Under the pieces are notes generated by a model. The model saw only the letters and a program-made list of their open reading frames with translations, searched no databases and was not told the origin of the DNA. This document shows, one piece after another, positions 62,711 to 64,000 of a stretch of DNA of 64,000 bases; position 1 is the first letter of the stretch, and every line of letters begins with the position of its first letter. This DNA is from Candidatus Sericytochromatia bacterium (lineage in GTDB: Bacteria; Cyanobacteriota; Sericytochromatia; S15B-MN24; JAQBPE01). The stretch covers positions 8,821 to 72,820 of the forward strand of contig JAKFEW010000047.1 of the NCBI GenBank assembly GCA_036675505.1. The letters run 5' to 3'. Position numbers and translations under genes: made by a program.

Positions 62711-63155
62711 GGCGGGCGAAGTCCTGCTCGGCCAGGTCAGCGACCCGGTGACCCCGGACTGGCATACCTCGCTGTACCGCCGGGGCGACCAGCTGATCAT
62801 CCGCACCAGGCGGGAGAGCACCGGGTCGTCGGGCGAGCGTGCGGTGCCGCTGAGCGCCGCCGGCTGGATCCACCGGACGATCACGCAAGGGTTCTGGCGC
62901 GAGCCTGCGGACGGCGGCTTCGACCGCAAGACGACGCGTGCCGAGGCCGTGATCGCGGGCGAGCGCCTGGAACTGCGTCGCAGTTGGGGCCTGGGCGGGC
63001 CGGAGGGCCTGGGCTTCACACTGACGAACCACAGCCGGGTCTCCCAGGCGGGCTACCCCGAAGAGTACCCGATGACGGACGAGCTGCTGATCACGGGCGG
63101 CCTGCTGGCGCTCTTCGCGGGTATACCGATAGTAACCGAGAGGACCGACCTCTGA
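62697..63155 (+). CDS. Hypothetical protein (152 aa). Its start overlaps the upstream gene's stop by 14 nt.
   Basis: The trimmed start is MAGPEAGEV, inside a 201-aa ORF-track frame. Coding-like GC3. Confidence 0.35.
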   Translation: MAGPEAGEVLLGQVSDPVTPDWHTSLYRRGDQLIIRTRRESTGSSGERAVPLSAAGWIHRTITQGFWREPADGGFDRKTTRAEAVIAGERLELRRSWGLGGPEGLGFTLTNHSRVSQAGYPEEYPMTDELLITGGLLALFAGIPIVTERTDL

Positions 63156-63177
63156 CGTCTATGCTGGGAATCGCGCC

Positions 63178-64000
63178 ATGCAACAGGTTGCCGTCTTCGT
63201 AGACGCAGGCTATCTCTACGCCCAAGCCTCGGTCCTGCTCACCGGGCGCAAGCAGCCACGGCCGCTCATGTCGCTGGACGAGCCGGCGGTGGTGTCCGCG
63301 CTGACGCAGTTGGCGCTCGAGCGGAGCGATGGTGGCCGCTTGCTGCGCATTTACTGGTACGACGGCGCGCCCTACGGCAACCCGACCCCGGATCAGGCGC
63401 GGATCGCGGACCTCGCCTTCGTGCGGCTGCGGCTCGGCCTGCTGAACAGCGTCGGGGAGCAAAAGGGCGTGGATTCGCTCATCATGACCGACCTGATGGA
63501 GCTCGCCCGCAACCATGCCCTCTCGGACGCCCTGCTGTTGTCGGGCGACGAGGACGTGCGGATGGGCATGCACATGGCCCAGAGCTTCGGCGTGCGGGTC
63601 CACCTGCTCGGGATCGCGCCAATCCGGGAGTCGCAGTCCTACGGCCTGCGCCGCGACGCCGACACCGCCACGGAGTGGTCGGCCGACGTCGTGCGTCCCT
63701 TGATCGCGTTCCGGGAGACCGACCCGATGGCGGGCACGGGCCCGCTCGAGCCCATCTGCCCGCCTGCGGCGCCGGTCGAGGCGTCGCCCGCACCCGCGCA
63801 GGCCGCGGATGACCTGGCGCCCACGCCCATCGAGGTCGTGGTCCCGGTCGCGCCGGCCTCGCCCCCCCTGGATCCGATCCTCGCGATCCAGCGGGTCGCT
63901 GCCGACTTCGCGTCGCGACTCTCGGCTCCCGAGCGCGTCGAGGTGCTCGAGGACCTCGCGCACAACCGGGGCATCCCGCGCTTCTGGGACCGCAAGATGC
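63178..64000 (+). CDS. NYN-domain (LabA-like/PIN-like) protein; the 3' end lies beyond the window
   Basis: Hand translation gives MQQVAVFVDAGYLYAQASVLLTG...IYWYDGAPY...GEQKGVDSLIMTDLMELARNHALSDALLLSGDEDVRMGMHMAQSFGVRVHLLGI, which matches the NYN/LabA signature (VFIDggNl...D..l...). There is no stop before the window end, so the ORF is absent from the track. The antisense ORF 63091..63963 looks spurious. Confidence 0.65.
   Translation, partial: MQQVAVFVDAGYLYAQASVLLTGRKQPRPLMSLDEPAVVSALTQLALERSDGGRLLRIYWYDGAPYGNPTPDQARIADLAFVRLRLGLLNSVGEQKGVDSLIMTDLMELARNHALSDALLLSGDEDVRMGMHMAQSFGVRVHLLGIAPIRESQSYGLRRDADTATEWSADVVRPLIAFRETDPMAGTGPLEPICPPAAPVEASPAPAQAADDLAPTPIEVVVPVAPASPPLDPILAIQRVAADFASRLSAPERVEVLEDLAHNRGIPRFWDRKM

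Noticed and set aside
63091-63963. 290-aa minus-strand ORF at the right edge
   Set aside because: It is antisense to the NYN-domain frame, which has the domain signature and consistent GC3. I rejected it as spurious.
1-64000. CRISPR arrays and rRNA genes
   Set aside because: I found no regularly spaced short direct repeats with unique spacers. I found no 16S, 23S or 5S signature sequences. The only tandem repeats present are the in-frame 6-bp and 24-bp coding repeats, which are reported separately.

Overview
The window is 64 kb of very GC-rich (~70%) bacterial chromosome. It has many lipoproteins, two-component systems and beta-propeller/NHL proteins, which suggests a Myxococcota-like genome.

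Left edge (1-3402): the right end of an integrated element, with all genes on the minus strand. They are a replication-like ORF that runs off the window, an AlpA/Xis excisionase, a hypothetical gene and a P4-type tyrosine integrase. The element ends at a 36-nt 3' fragment of a tRNA gene followed by that tRNA's intrinsic terminator, which I read as the attR junction.

Housekeeping block (3.4-25.9 kb): FKBP PPIase, an ArsR/SRPBCC pair with a palindromic operator, lspA, prfC, a GT1 glycosyltransferase, a prenyltransferase-repeat protein and an EF-hand lipoprotein. Three phospholipase-D (HKD) paralogs sit in a row, followed by a CheY-like receiver, lipoproteins, and a CDF metal exporter translationally coupled to a small upstream ORF. 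The block ends with tRNA-Glu(TTC) at 25883-25954.

Accessory island (~26-36 kb): directly downstream of tRNA-Glu. Four copies of a ~45-bp direct repeat whose 3' half resembles the tRNA-Glu 3' end delimit it (27096, 28489, 32249, 34038). It holds decayed toxin-antitoxin modules: a BrnT toxin with an in-frame amber codon next to an intact BrnA; a TacT-like GNAT toxin with a ~50-aa internal deletion next to a truncated RHH antitoxin; and an orphan HTH antitoxin beside a 255-aa unknown. It also carries a possibly frameshifted gene, a nucleoside 2-deoxyribosyltransferase-like (SLOG) protein and an orphan PAS histidine kinase.

Right part (36-64 kb): an RND efflux operon (MFP-RND-OMP) with a divergent OmpR/HK pair, a Tat-exported amine oxidase, an EEP nuclease/phosphatase, menB, a second ArsR/SRPBCC cluster, NHL lipoproteins and a NYN-domain protein that runs off the right edge.

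A three-member lipoprotein paralog family (7456-10200, 22992-24167, 36629-38296) stands out. Each member carries (I/V)(I/V)(A/S)NNGGG octapeptide repeats encoded by 24-bp tandem DNA repeats, followed by a carboxypeptidase-regulatory-like beta-sandwich.

I found no CRISPR array and no rRNA. I obtained coordinates of features inside ORFs by arithmetic from the ORF track. Non-coding features may be off by 1-2 nt.
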